NCBI RefSeq assembly: GCF_000025925.1
Contig: NC_014033.1
Location: 1,080,001-1,112,000 of the forward strand
Length of the DNA: 32,000 nt
Reading direction: 5' to 3'
Origin: Xylanibacter ruminicola 23
GTDB lineage: Bacteria; Bacteroidota; Bacteroidia; Bacteroidales; Bacteroidaceae
Position 1 is the first letter of the stretch, and each line of letters starts with the position of its first letter. A program made the position numbers and the translations under genes. The notes below the pieces were generated by a model. That model saw only the letters and a program-made list of their open reading frames with translations. It did no database searches and was not told the DNA's origin. Below are positions 8,720-15,559 of the stretch, piece by piece.

Positions 8720-10234
8720 TTATTGTACTGCAGATAAGAGTTTCTCCCAAATTTTGACCATTGCAAATGTATCTAGGCCGCAATATGCTAGTAATGCTTT
8801 CCTTGTTTTTGCCTGTTCCTCAGGATCCATAAACTGAATCTTTGGGAATATGGTCATTGCCTCGCTACCATTATGAACACAACCTTCTAGATTATGGTAA
8901 TCCAATGATGGATCGTTAGGGAATAAGGTAGGCAGTACTACCTTAATGGAGAACGAGCCTCCCATCGCTGGCAGGTAATACTGACCAGCAGCAAACGGGT
9001 CAAGTAAATCCTTGATGTTGTCTTTGATGTTCAGCAGATGCTCAGCCAGGTCAGGATACCACCCTGCCAGTTCTTTGATGCGCGTGCACTCAAAGGATTT
9101 ATTAAAGGCAAGGGTACATACATTCATAGGAATATCCTTGCATAGCTGCTCTGCCAAAGCTCTTCTTGGGTCGGAGCCAGAAATTCCCAGATGTTCTTTG
9201 TGTATTAGTTCACCACCTTCATTTTCAATGATATGCAGTGAATACTGGAACGTAATCTGCTGGTAAACCTTTGTTCCTTCAAACTCTGGAACAACCTGTT
9301 GTATAGTTTCAAAGTCCAGAAAATACAATGGATAGGTCAAAGTGTTCAAGAACTCTTTAATTTTGTCTGGCTCAATGTGTGGTTTATTGGCTAATGCGCT
9401 TTCTATCTGTATTCGCCTCACAGGAGTCAGCTTCTCATTCTTAACATCATTGTATGATATTATACCCTGACGATAATACTTCAGCTTGTCTGAGAAGCGC
9501 ATACGATAAAGGTCGAATACTGATGGGGATGGAATGTGTCGAGAGCAGTATTTGAAGAAACCGCAGTCGTATGGAGCCTTACATCCTTCCCAGATATCCT
9601 GCTCGGGCTCTTCGCAGCTTTGCAGGAGTTTTAAAGCAGCAGTTTGTCTTGCTTCCACCTGAGCATATTCGTCGGCTATCATTTCAGAAACATCGTTGAT
9701 AACGAACAGACGCTTCAAATCAAGTTCGCCCTCTCTTACATAGTCTGAATTAAGGCAAACCAGATATGTGCCAGTAACGTTGATTCCGCATTTTTCGAGT
9801 ACCCATTTCTGATAGGCGATATCTGGCAGGAATTTGCCCAGTTTAGCTGGTTTACCATCAAATTCAGGATAGCTAACACTCTTTACTTCATAGATGGCAT
9901 ATCCATGCTCTGTGCGGTGAAGTATATCCACAGCACAGTAGTTGCCTTCGAAAGAGAATGCAGCTTCACATATATTGTCTTGGCCTTCAGCTATCAAATT
10001 CTTGGTGTTTTGAATCATAGCAGACAAATCAAGACTTCCATCAGCTCGCTTTACTGTAACATCCACATAGGGACCAAGGACACCTTTGGCAAGATTTCCG
10101 ACTTCCGTACCTTTTTCAAAGCGCCCTTCAGCAGATGGGTCGATCACTTCTTCCTCTGGCTTATACACGCTCATCCATAAGCACTTGGGGCACTGACAAT
10201 ACTTAGCGTACTTCGACTTTGATAGCTGTTTCAT
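8720..10234 (-). CDS. DUF2779-family protein: N-terminal Cas4-like PD-(D/E)XK nuclease plus C-terminal DnaQ/RNase-H-like exonuclease
   Basis: N-terminus LSKSKYAKYCQCPKCLW. Nuclease core AVDILHRTEHGYAIYEVKS. C-terminal YFLDFETIQQVVPEF...ITFQYSLH (DxE exonuclease motif). Its start lies 2 nt after the WYL gene stop. Confidence 0.8.
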   Translation of the reverse strand: MKQLSKSKYAKYCQCPKCLWMSVYKPEEEVIDPSAEGRFEKGTEVGNLAKGVLGPYVDVTVKRADGSLDLSAMIQNTKNLIAEGQDNICEAAFSFEGNYCAVDILHRTEHGYAIYEVKSVSYPEFDGKPAKLGKFLPDIAYQKWVLEKCGINVTGTYLVCLNSDYVREGELDLKRLFVINDVSEMIADEYAQVEARQTAALKLLQSCEEPEQDIWEGCKAPYDCGFFKYCSRHIPSPSVFDLYRMRFSDKLKYYRQGIISYNDVKNEKLTPVRRIQIESALANKPHIEPDKIKEFLNTLTYPLYFLDFETIQQVVPEFEGTKVYQQITFQYSLHIIENEGGELIHKEHLGISGSDPRRALAEQLCKDIPMNVCTLAFNKSFECTRIKELAGWYPDLAEHLLNIKDNIKDLLDPFAAGQYYLPAMGGSFSIKVVLPTLFPNDPSLDYHNLEGCVHNGSEAMTIFPKIQFMDPEEQAKTRKALLAYCGLDTFAMVKIWEKLLSAVQ

Positions 10235-10236
10235 CG

Positions 10237-11730
10237 TTATTTCTCGTTTAAATAGTTTTCGATTATTTCTGATTTAAGCGCTCTGCGCACTACGTCTCGG
10301 GTAAATGGGCAACCATCTACATATTCTTTTGGGTATGCGTTAGCCATTTCCAGTAGTCCATTGTATAGTTCACGCACCACATCCTTGCATCGTGCAAATC
10401 CTTTGAAAGGCAGGCTTTCCTTACTTACTCGGCTATTAAGAGTAACTGTGATATCCATCATATCGCCAACCTTCTTCAGCTCTATCTTAGTAGGCTCCTC
10501 TTCTTCGCCCAGTTCGATTACAGTCCTGGGATGATTTACTATTCTCTCCAGGCAAGTACTAATGTAACTCCACTCTATGCCCAGGTTTTCGATAGAATCT
10601 GTCATAATCATCGTTCCCAAGCTTATGCGATAGACGATGCATTTCCAATCATTGCTATCATTATGCAGATAGTTGAATGCGAATAACTGCGGCTCTAAGT
10701 CTTCTATATTCAGGCTATCACCTTCTACATTTTTATATGATTGTTTACACCACTCAAGACGCTCCAGCATCTCGTCGCGAAACCATTCAGGTGATTTAAC
10801 CACGAGACGGTCGCCATAGAACATCAGTTCCTGTATTATTTCGTAGTTTAACATCACATCTAGCGATACCTTGATGTTTCTTTCGCCCTCTATCTCAAGC
10901 TTTTGTGTTTCGCTGATGGGATACGAATATAGATAAGGATACAATGAGATATCTGCCCATAGCTCGATGTGCTCCACCGTTTTTTCAGGTGGCACCGTAA
11001 CACCTACCAGATGTTTGAAATATTGCTTAAACGATGTTTTGGTGGCTCGGTATTTTACCTCATTGTTCTCCTTTACAGCACTCATGCAAATCAGCGGATA
11101 AGCCTCAATCTTATCGCAGCCTTCCTGCTGTGCCATCAGATACCAGCGACGCCAGTACTGTTTCAGATAATATGGATGTAAAGTAATCGTTTCTGCATCG
11201 CGAAAATCCTTTCTATATTCCACATCTACCACCTGTCGATTGCGTATAGCTTTGAATAGTGGCATAAGGAATTCTGCATCCCATGGCGTTCCACCTTCAA
11301 AGCGTGCTATCTCTTTCTGCTTACTCATGATGTTCTGGTCAAGACGAGTAAGCATCTGGTCGATCCAGCCAAACTCCGACATACCCTTGAATCCCTGCAA
11401 CAGACTACGTACCTCTTGCAGCTTCTCAATCTCATTCTCCGTCAACTCACGGTTATATATCGAGTCGAATCCGTCGCGATAGCGGTAATAGCGTTTCTTG
11501 TGTCTGTCTTCCCATACGATTCCCTCCTGTCCAAACACCTTAAAGAACTTGGCATTCATCTCGGTAATATCCTGACTAAAGGTAGTTCTCGACTGGATAG
11601 GCAGCATTCCTCTATCCTCCAGCTTCCTGTTTACGATAGCCATCAACTGTTCGCGTGTATATTCACGTCCAGTACCAAAGCACTGATCGTAAATCATTTC
11701 TCGCATTGCATAGTCCTTCGTATTTGCCAT
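10237..11730 (-). CDS. WYL-domain transcriptional regulator (wHTH-WYL-WCX) with an extra C-terminal domain of about 150 aa
   Basis: N-terminal wHTH (MANTKDYAMREMIYDQ...). WYL core VDVEYRKDFRDAETITLHPYYLKQYWRRWYLMA. Start set to MANTK (11730), downstream of the -7 box at 11759-11766. Confidence 0.8.
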   Translation of the reverse strand: MANTKDYAMREMIYDQCFGTGREYTREQLMAIVNRKLEDRGMLPIQSRTTFSQDITEMNAKFFKVFGQEGIVWEDRHKKRYYRYRDGFDSIYNRELTENEIEKLQEVRSLLQGFKGMSEFGWIDQMLTRLDQNIMSKQKEIARFEGGTPWDAEFLMPLFKAIRNRQVVDVEYRKDFRDAETITLHPYYLKQYWRRWYLMAQQEGCDKIEAYPLICMSAVKENNEVKYRATKTSFKQYFKHLVGVTVPPEKTVEHIELWADISLYPYLYSYPISETQKLEIEGERNIKVSLDVMLNYEIIQELMFYGDRLVVKSPEWFRDEMLERLEWCKQSYKNVEGDSLNIEDLEPQLFAFNYLHNDSNDWKCIVYRISLGTMIMTDSIENLGIEWSYISTCLERIVNHPRTVIELGEEEEPTKIELKKVGDMMDITVTLNSRVSKESLPFKGFARCKDVVRELYNGLLEMANAYPKEYVDGCPFTRDVVRRALKSEIIENYLNEK

Positions 11731-11758
11731 ATCGCGTAGTATTTTATAGTTTATAGTG

Positions 11759-11796
11759 CAAAGATACAAAAAATCTGTTCACCTAAAGCGAACAGA
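11759..11796 (-). promoter_or_regulatory. Promoter-operator cassette A (drives WYL and DUF2779 genes)
   Basis: Plus strand caaagata-N7-tctgttc-acctaaagc-gaacaga. On the minus strand this is TCTGTTC-N9-GAACAGA-N7-TATCTTTG. Confidence 0.75.
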
Positions 11797-11815
11797 TAAT
11801 ATTTTTTTTAAAATA

Positions 11816-11858
11816 GAGCTGGCCGCCATACTCAAAAACGTCAAGTGGGTGCCAGCTC
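11816..11858 (-). ncRNA. Hairpin element H1 (terminal element of RNA array 1, terminator-like)
   Basis: 8-bp closing stem GAGCTGGC/GCCAGCTC with inner helices. Followed on the minus strand by TATTTTAAAAAAAA. Paralog of H2; both share ggccgccatactc...caagtggg. Confidence 0.55.
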
Positions 11859-11860
11859 CA

Positions 11861-11909
11861 ACAGAACTCGTTCCCTCAATAACGGGCATGCGATATTCTG
11901 TTTGTCTAA
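11861..11909 (-). repeat. E-family bulged hairpin, copy E1 (degenerate)
   Basis: ACAGAA/TTCTGT outer stem, inner CCC/GGG helix, conserved tail ttgtctaa (minus strand TTAGACAA precedes the hairpin). Confidence 0.5.
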
Positions 11910-11940
11910 CCATTTCAAAGAAATCTTTTCCTTATTAAAA

Positions 11941-11981
11941 GGCTGGCCGCCATACTCGATAATGCCAAGTGGGAGCCAGCC
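11941..11981 (-). ncRNA. Hairpin element H2
   Basis: 7-bp closing stem GGCTGGC/GCCAGCC plus inner CCA/TGG and CTTG/CGAG helices. Followed on the minus strand by TTTTAAT. Confidence 0.5.
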
Positions 11982-12022
11982 CCAATCTGCACTTAGCCGC
12001 ACCAATTGCGGCAGCCACAGAT

Positions 12023-12120
12023 GTAGATGGAAGTAAGCGACAGAATCGAACTGTTACTGAAAGCCTTGCGGCTTGCCCACCTTTACCATACATCGTGGTT
12101 CTACTTGATCTTCCATCTCC
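12023..12120 (-). ncRNA. tRNA-like element T2 (T-arm, D-arm, GNRA-capped central hairpin, encoded CCA, no anticodon loop)
   Basis: On the minus strand: 11-bp outer stem GGAGATGGAAG/CTTCCATCTAC with one mismatch. D-arm-like CCAC-[..TGGTA..]-GTGG. AAGCC-GCAA-GGCTT hairpin. T-arm ACAG-TTCGATT-CTGT. 3' region GCTTACT-T-CCA. Confidence 0.55.
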
Positions 12121-12172
12121 GACAGGACTCGCGCCCTTACATTGGGCATTGCGATATCTTGTTTGTCTAAGA
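12121..12172 (-). repeat. E-family bulged hairpin, copy E2
   Basis: gacaggactcgcgcccttacattgggcattgcgatatcttgtttgtc. Stacked helices CTCGC/GCGA and GCCC/GGGC with a 7-nt loop and a 3-nt bulge. TTAGAC tail. Confidence 0.55.
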
Positions 12173-12182
12173 CTATAAGAAA

Positions 12183-12263
12183 GGCGGATTGGCGAAGGAG
12201 TTGAACCTTGCAATATACTGCCATTACAGGAAGCCCCGCTACCGCTGCGACCATCAATCCGCC
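12183..12263 (-). ncRNA. tRNA-like element T1 (extended acceptor-like stem, D-arm, canonical T-arm, no anticodon arm)
   Basis: On the minus strand: GGCGGATTG...CAATCCGCC 9-bp terminal stem. D-arm TCGC-AGCGGTA-GCGG. T-arm AAGG-TTCAACT-CCTT. The central region forms only a 3-bp stub GCT-[TCCTGTAAT]-GGC. Confidence 0.55.
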
Positions 12264-12281
12264 TTTTTTACGATGATGTTG

Positions 12282-12319
12282 CAAAGGTAATGTTTATATG
12301 TTCAGCCATAGCGAACAGA
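12282..12319 (-). promoter_or_regulatory. Promoter-operator cassette B (drives RNA array 1, no ORF)
   Basis: caaaggta-N7-tatgttc-agccatagc-gaacaga, the same architecture as cassette A. The next 450 nt downstream on the minus strand are non-coding structured RNA. Confidence 0.7.
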
Positions 12320-12333
12320 CTGAAATTTTTTAT

Positions 12334-12825
12334 TTACATAGTATTTATTTCCGCCAATTCTTCAGGTGTATGATGCTGCATGTCATAGACAAGAGAATCG
12401 TCAGAATAGCCATTCACTATATCCTTAGCCTGTTCTTCAGTAAGAAATGGTTTTCCTTTATCTTTGATATTCAACAGAGCTTTTAAGAAATCCTGGCGAT
12501 AGTGTTCGAAAATCTCTGTAGTATAAGGAAGACTTCTGACGCTATAGTATAACTTCTTGAATTCCTCAACGGTATATATCTTACCATCTATGCACGACAT
12601 GGCACAGGCTTTAGGAAATGTGCACCAGCGTTTCAGTTCAAGATTAACAAGTAAAGATTTCTGTCCTTCTATCTGTTCAACACAGAGAAAACACTTATCC
12701 GTCAAATACTTGATAAACTCTTCCAGTTCTTTTTCGTCTTTACATCTAACTGCATAAGGAAGAATACAACGCCCTTTTCCCATGTAGTCTTCATTTAACT
12801 CTTTATAATATACTTCTTCAAACAT
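12334..12825 (-). CDS. Hypothetical protein (163 aa)
   Basis: ORF 12 nt downstream of the 12838-13179 gene, same strand. No motif recognised. Confidence 0.6.
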   Translation of the reverse strand: MFEEVYYKELNEDYMGKGRCILPYAVRCKDEKELEEFIKYLTDKCFLCVEQIEGQKSLLVNLELKRWCTFPKACAMSCIDGKIYTVEEFKKLYYSVRSLPYTTEIFEHYRQDFLKALLNIKDKGKPFLTEEQAKDIVNGYSDDSLVYDMQHHTPEELAEINTM

Positions 12826-12837
12826 AGTCCGATTCTT

Positions 12838-13179
12838 TTAAGATTGCATTTCTCCAAGTAAATAGTAAACGATTTGAGCTTTAATATACTCTTTACTGTT
12901 TTCCTCGTAGGTAATCAACTTACCAGATCTATTTGAAAACAGTTCTATCTCTGCTTTTTCGATAGCGAACCAATGAGAACTCTGCCCAGCATTGAGCTTC
13001 AAAGCATCATAGTGACGAGGCTGTAAGATACCATCGACATCAATAACGTATCCGTCTTCGTCCAAATCACAAAACAAAGAATTTGTTTCTGGGCGAATCT
13101 CACGAGTGAAAATATTAGTTTTTCCACTTATGATTTCATTCAACCTATGTTGATTTGTATCTAGCTGTATAACTTTCAT
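12838..13179 (-). CDS. Small ASCH/PUA-like domain protein (113 aa)
   Basis: Paralogous by eye to the C-terminal domain of the 13809-15008 protein (shared pattern I..GK....T.EI.P.N......L..DG.V....GI.Q.R.YDA). Start lies 19 nt downstream of the cassette C transcription start region. Confidence 0.55.
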   Translation of the reverse strand: MKVIQLDTNQHRLNEIISGKTNIFTREIRPETNSLFCDLDEDGYVIDVDGILQPRHYDALKLNAGQSSHWFAIEKAEIELFSNRSGKLITYEENSKEYIKAQIVYYLLGEMQS

Positions 13180-13204
13180 GATTCTGATATTTAAAATTTC
13201 GGAA

Positions 13205-13242
13205 CAAAGGTAAGCTATATTTGTTCAGCCAAAGTGAACAGA
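13205..13242 (-). promoter_or_regulatory. Promoter-operator cassette C (drives 12838-13179 and 12334-12825)
   Basis: caaaggta-N7-tttgttc-agccaaagt-gaacaga. Confidence 0.7.
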
Positions 13243-13262
13243 TAAATAATTTTTCAAAAAGA

Positions 13263-13304
13263 GGCAGGACTCGCGCCCTCACATTGGGCATTGCGAGCCC
13301 TGCC
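13263..13304 (-). repeat. E-family bulged hairpin, copy E3 (terminator of RNA array 2)
   Basis: ggcaggactcgcgccctcacattgggcattgcgagccctgcc. About 16 bp of stacked helices. Followed on the minus strand by TCTTTTTG. Confidence 0.6.
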
Positions 13305-13343
13305 CTAACTCCACGACCTCTGTCATTGCCATTGTGGAGAGAA

Positions 13344-13414
13344 AGGATTGGCGAAGGAGTTGAACCTTGCAATATGCCATAGAAGACCTCGCTACCGATG
13401 CGACCATCAATCCT
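13344..13414 (-). ncRNA. tRNA-like element T1-prime (paralog of T1)
   Basis: The 5' 22 nt (one substitution) and 3' 31 nt match T1, including the D-arm TCGC-ATCGGTA-GCGA and T-arm AAGG-TTCAACT-CCTT. Central stub GTC-[TTCTAT]-GGC covaries with T1 (GCT...GGC). Confidence 0.55.
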
Positions 13415-13425
13415 TTTTTTCAAAA

Positions 13426-13468
13426 GGCAGAGCTCGCGCCCTCAATACGGGCATTGCGATGCCCTGCC
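13426..13468 (-). repeat. E-family bulged hairpin, copy E4 (leader hairpin of RNA array 2)
   Basis: ggcagagctcgcgccctcaatacgggcattgcgatgccctgcc. On the minus strand it starts about 15 nt after the predicted start site, is preceded by TTAGACA and is followed by TTTTGAAAAAA. Confidence 0.55.
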
Positions 13469-13488
13469 TGTCTAACCCTATTTTTCTG

Positions 13489-13526
13489 CAAAGGTACCAT
13501 ATATGTGTTCAGGCAAAGCGAATAGA
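13489..13526 (-). promoter_or_regulatory. Promoter-operator cassette D (drives RNA array 2, no ORF)
   Basis: caaaggta-N7-tgtgttc-aggcaaagc-gaataga (one half-site degenerate). Abuts the stop codon of 13527-13802. Confidence 0.65.
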
Positions 13527-13802
13527 TTACATTTTTTCTTTTAAATGGTTCTGATATGCATCCAAAATGGCCGACGAAGCCATGTCACCAATAAGGAACT
13601 CTGGTTCACCTAAATCTTTCAAAAGAGATTCTACATTCTCGCGCTCACCAGTATAGAGCCAATTATTTCGAATCCACAATCCTAGGCCAAAGTGAAAGAA
13701 AACCATATCTTCTGCTTCCACTATTTGCTTTTTCTCTTCCAGTGTTAGCCTCTTATCCAGACATTTCCAAGCCTCCGCTGTTGTTTTAGGACACCTTGCC
13801 AT
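13527..13802 (-). CDS. Hypothetical protein (91 aa)
   Basis: ORF 6 nt downstream of the ASCH gene. Motif FHFGLGLWIRNNW noted but not confidently assigned. Confidence 0.55.
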   Translation of the reverse strand: MARCPKTTAEAWKCLDKRLTLEEKKQIVEAEDMVFFHFGLGLWIRNNWLYTGERENVESLLKDLGEPEFLIGDMASSAILDAYQNHLKEKM

Positions 13803-13808
13803 ACGAAT

Positions 13809-15008
13809 TTATATTTTATCACCTAAAACATAGTTCATAATACAGTCCGTATAATCGAGCTTTTCATCCTCTTCCTGTTCAGAATAGAGCTTATAATCAC
13901 CATATTCAGAATCCATATACATCACATCTGTATTATTAATCTGACACGTGTACGAATCTTCTTTGTTAGTGAACTGAATAGCGTCGTATCTTCTCAACTG
14001 CGGAATTCCATTAATTTCCTTTACTGTCCCATCTGCGTTTAAGATGAAAAACATACTCAAATTCTTTGGGGTAATCTCTTTTGTGAATGATGCCATTTTG
14101 CCTGTTGCAATATCCTTAAAAACATCTTTGTTAACTTTGAGTTTTAGAATATTGTCATTGCTATCAGCCATTTTAGGAATTTCCAACACATCGATTGTTT
14201 TTCCTCCACAGAAACTTTCAAATTCACCTTCTTCAATTTTCTTACCAAACATGAACTGTGCAACCATCCATGCAATTTCGTTGCCAGTAAAATCCATAAT
14301 GAAATAAGGCTTTGTTTCATCTTGTGGATCTGGGAGATTGTATATGCCAGATTCTTCAGCTAACTCAAAAGCCACATAACTATTGCCACAGAAAACTGTC
14401 ACAGTTTTAAATGACTTCATTTTGAATGCGTCATCTACACATAGTAGATCAGTCAAATAAGGAGTCAAATACAATTCTATCCCCCCAAAATCGCCAGCCT
14501 TAATCTTTTCGAATGTTTCCTTTGTACAAGGTATTTGCACCTCAGTTTCGTCTTCAGTAACATCAACATTCTCCAACTGTACTTGATGAGCAGGAGGCAG
14601 ATTGTTCTCATCCAAATCATAGTCGAAGAGGTTTAACTTGCCTTTCACGTCGAGTATTGGCTCATCAAACAACCATGCATCTTCTAGTTTCCATTTTATT
14701 GCACCAGCGTCAGCCCAAACAGAATCTACATCACCTTCTTCAAAACCAGTCACTGTAACATATCCAATAATGGCGCTTGTTGGCAATGTTTCTAGTTCCG
14801 GAATATTTCCAAAGCTTATTTGATTCTCAATACATGACTCCAGAGTTTCTGGAATTCCTGCATAGAAGTTCTTAGTAATTTTTTTAGAACTTGCGTGAAT
14901 CAGAATCCTTCTAGGAACCTGAGCTGCTTTCCAAGTTCTGTTCTCTACATCTTTAATACCTGCGCATACCAATGATGCCCAAGGCTGCTGAATTGACAAG
15001 GTTTTCAT
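13809..15008 (-). CDS. Multi-domain ASCH (PUA-like) protein
   Basis: N-terminus MKTLSIQQPWASLVCAGIKDVENRTW...RILIHAS is the classic ASCH signature. The C-terminal roughly 110 aa repeat the fold pattern of the 113-aa protein at 12838-13179. Confidence 0.75.
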   Translation of the reverse strand: MKTLSIQQPWASLVCAGIKDVENRTWKAAQVPRRILIHASSKKITKNFYAGIPETLESCIENQISFGNIPELETLPTSAIIGYVTVTGFEEGDVDSVWADAGAIKWKLEDAWLFDEPILDVKGKLNLFDYDLDENNLPPAHQVQLENVDVTEDETEVQIPCTKETFEKIKAGDFGGIELYLTPYLTDLLCVDDAFKMKSFKTVTVFCGNSYVAFELAEESGIYNLPDPQDETKPYFIMDFTGNEIAWMVAQFMFGKKIEEGEFESFCGGKTIDVLEIPKMADSNDNILKLKVNKDVFKDIATGKMASFTKEITPKNLSMFFILNADGTVKEINGIPQLRRYDAIQFTNKEDSYTCQINNTDVMYMDSEYGDYKLYSEQEEDEKLDYTDCIMNYVLGDKI

Positions 15009-15028
15009 AATTCTAAAGTATTTTGTTG

Positions 15029-15364
15029 TTATTTATCTCCGTACTTTTCTTTATTAAAGTCATGCTTTGCATGCTGATAGACATAGTTTATTGCCTTCTT
15101 CAACACATCTGCATCATTGCTCATTAGGTCGCCAAAAATGTCATCTTCTGGAACATACTTAATAATGTTACCTTTATAACCTACCATAAAATACAACCCA
15201 CTAGGATCATAAACTGGATGGAAAATTCCCTGATAGCATGAGAACTCAAATGCTACTTCACCATTCTCGTTCTCAATGCGCTTACGAGAGAAAACCTGGC
15301 CTTTAGAGGTTGTGATTTCAAGACTAAAGACCTTTTCAAAATCGATTATACCATTCTTTTCCAT
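15029..15364 (-). CDS. Hypothetical protein (about 111 aa)
   Basis: Start set to MEKNGII (15364) because the longer ORF's ATG overlaps the cassette E -7 box. Confidence 0.55.
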   Translation of the reverse strand: MEKNGIIDFEKVFSLEITTSKGQVFSRKRIENENGEVAFEFSCYQGIFHPVYDPSGLYFMVGYKGNIIKYVPEDDIFGDLMSNDADVLKKAINYVYQHAKHDFNKEKYGDK

Positions 15365-15388
15365 AACTATATATTTTAATTTTTTCGG

Positions 15389-15426
15389 CAAAGTTAAAGA
15401 TTATTTGTTCAGTCAAAATGAACAGA
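15389..15426 (-). promoter_or_regulatory. Promoter-operator cassette E (drives 15029-15364, the ASCH gene and 13527-13802)
   Basis: caaagtta-N7-tttgttc-agtcaaaat-gaacaga. Confidence 0.7.
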
Positions 15427-15559
15427 TTTGAAAAAGTTCACTTTGCAAATAAAAATTAGATAATTTGATCTACACATTCTTTAGGAAAAATTTATCAATT
15501 ATACAATATAAAATGAAGTATCATTAAAGTATCTTTGACTATAACAAATACTGTTCAAG

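Noticed and set aside
11845-12284. Five overlapping 60-92-aa ORFs in the track (11845-12036, 11935-12213, 11969-12178, 12054-12284 and others), and similar ones at 13145-13554
   Set aside because: They run through the structured RNA arrays on both strands, overlap each other and have no promoter-consistent starts. Their open frames are a by-product of GC-rich helices, so I count the region as non-coding.
11861-13468. CRISPR array or solitary CRISPR-repeat mimic formed by the E-family hairpins
   Set aside because: There are only four copies in two loci, with irregular spacing, and the copies diverge in the stems. The 12-nt resemblance of TCGCGCCCTCAC to type I-C-style repeats stops there and is plausibly chance in a GC hairpin. 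No cas genes are in the window.
11816-13478. Ordinary phage tRNA gene clusters
   Set aside because: T-arms and D-arms are present. In none of T1, T1-prime or T2 could I draw a 5-bp anticodon stem with a 7-nt loop carrying U33 and a purine at 37. Acceptor helices need mismatches or are over-long, and position 8 is not U. I therefore call them tRNA-like rather than tRNA, pending tRNAscan-SE.
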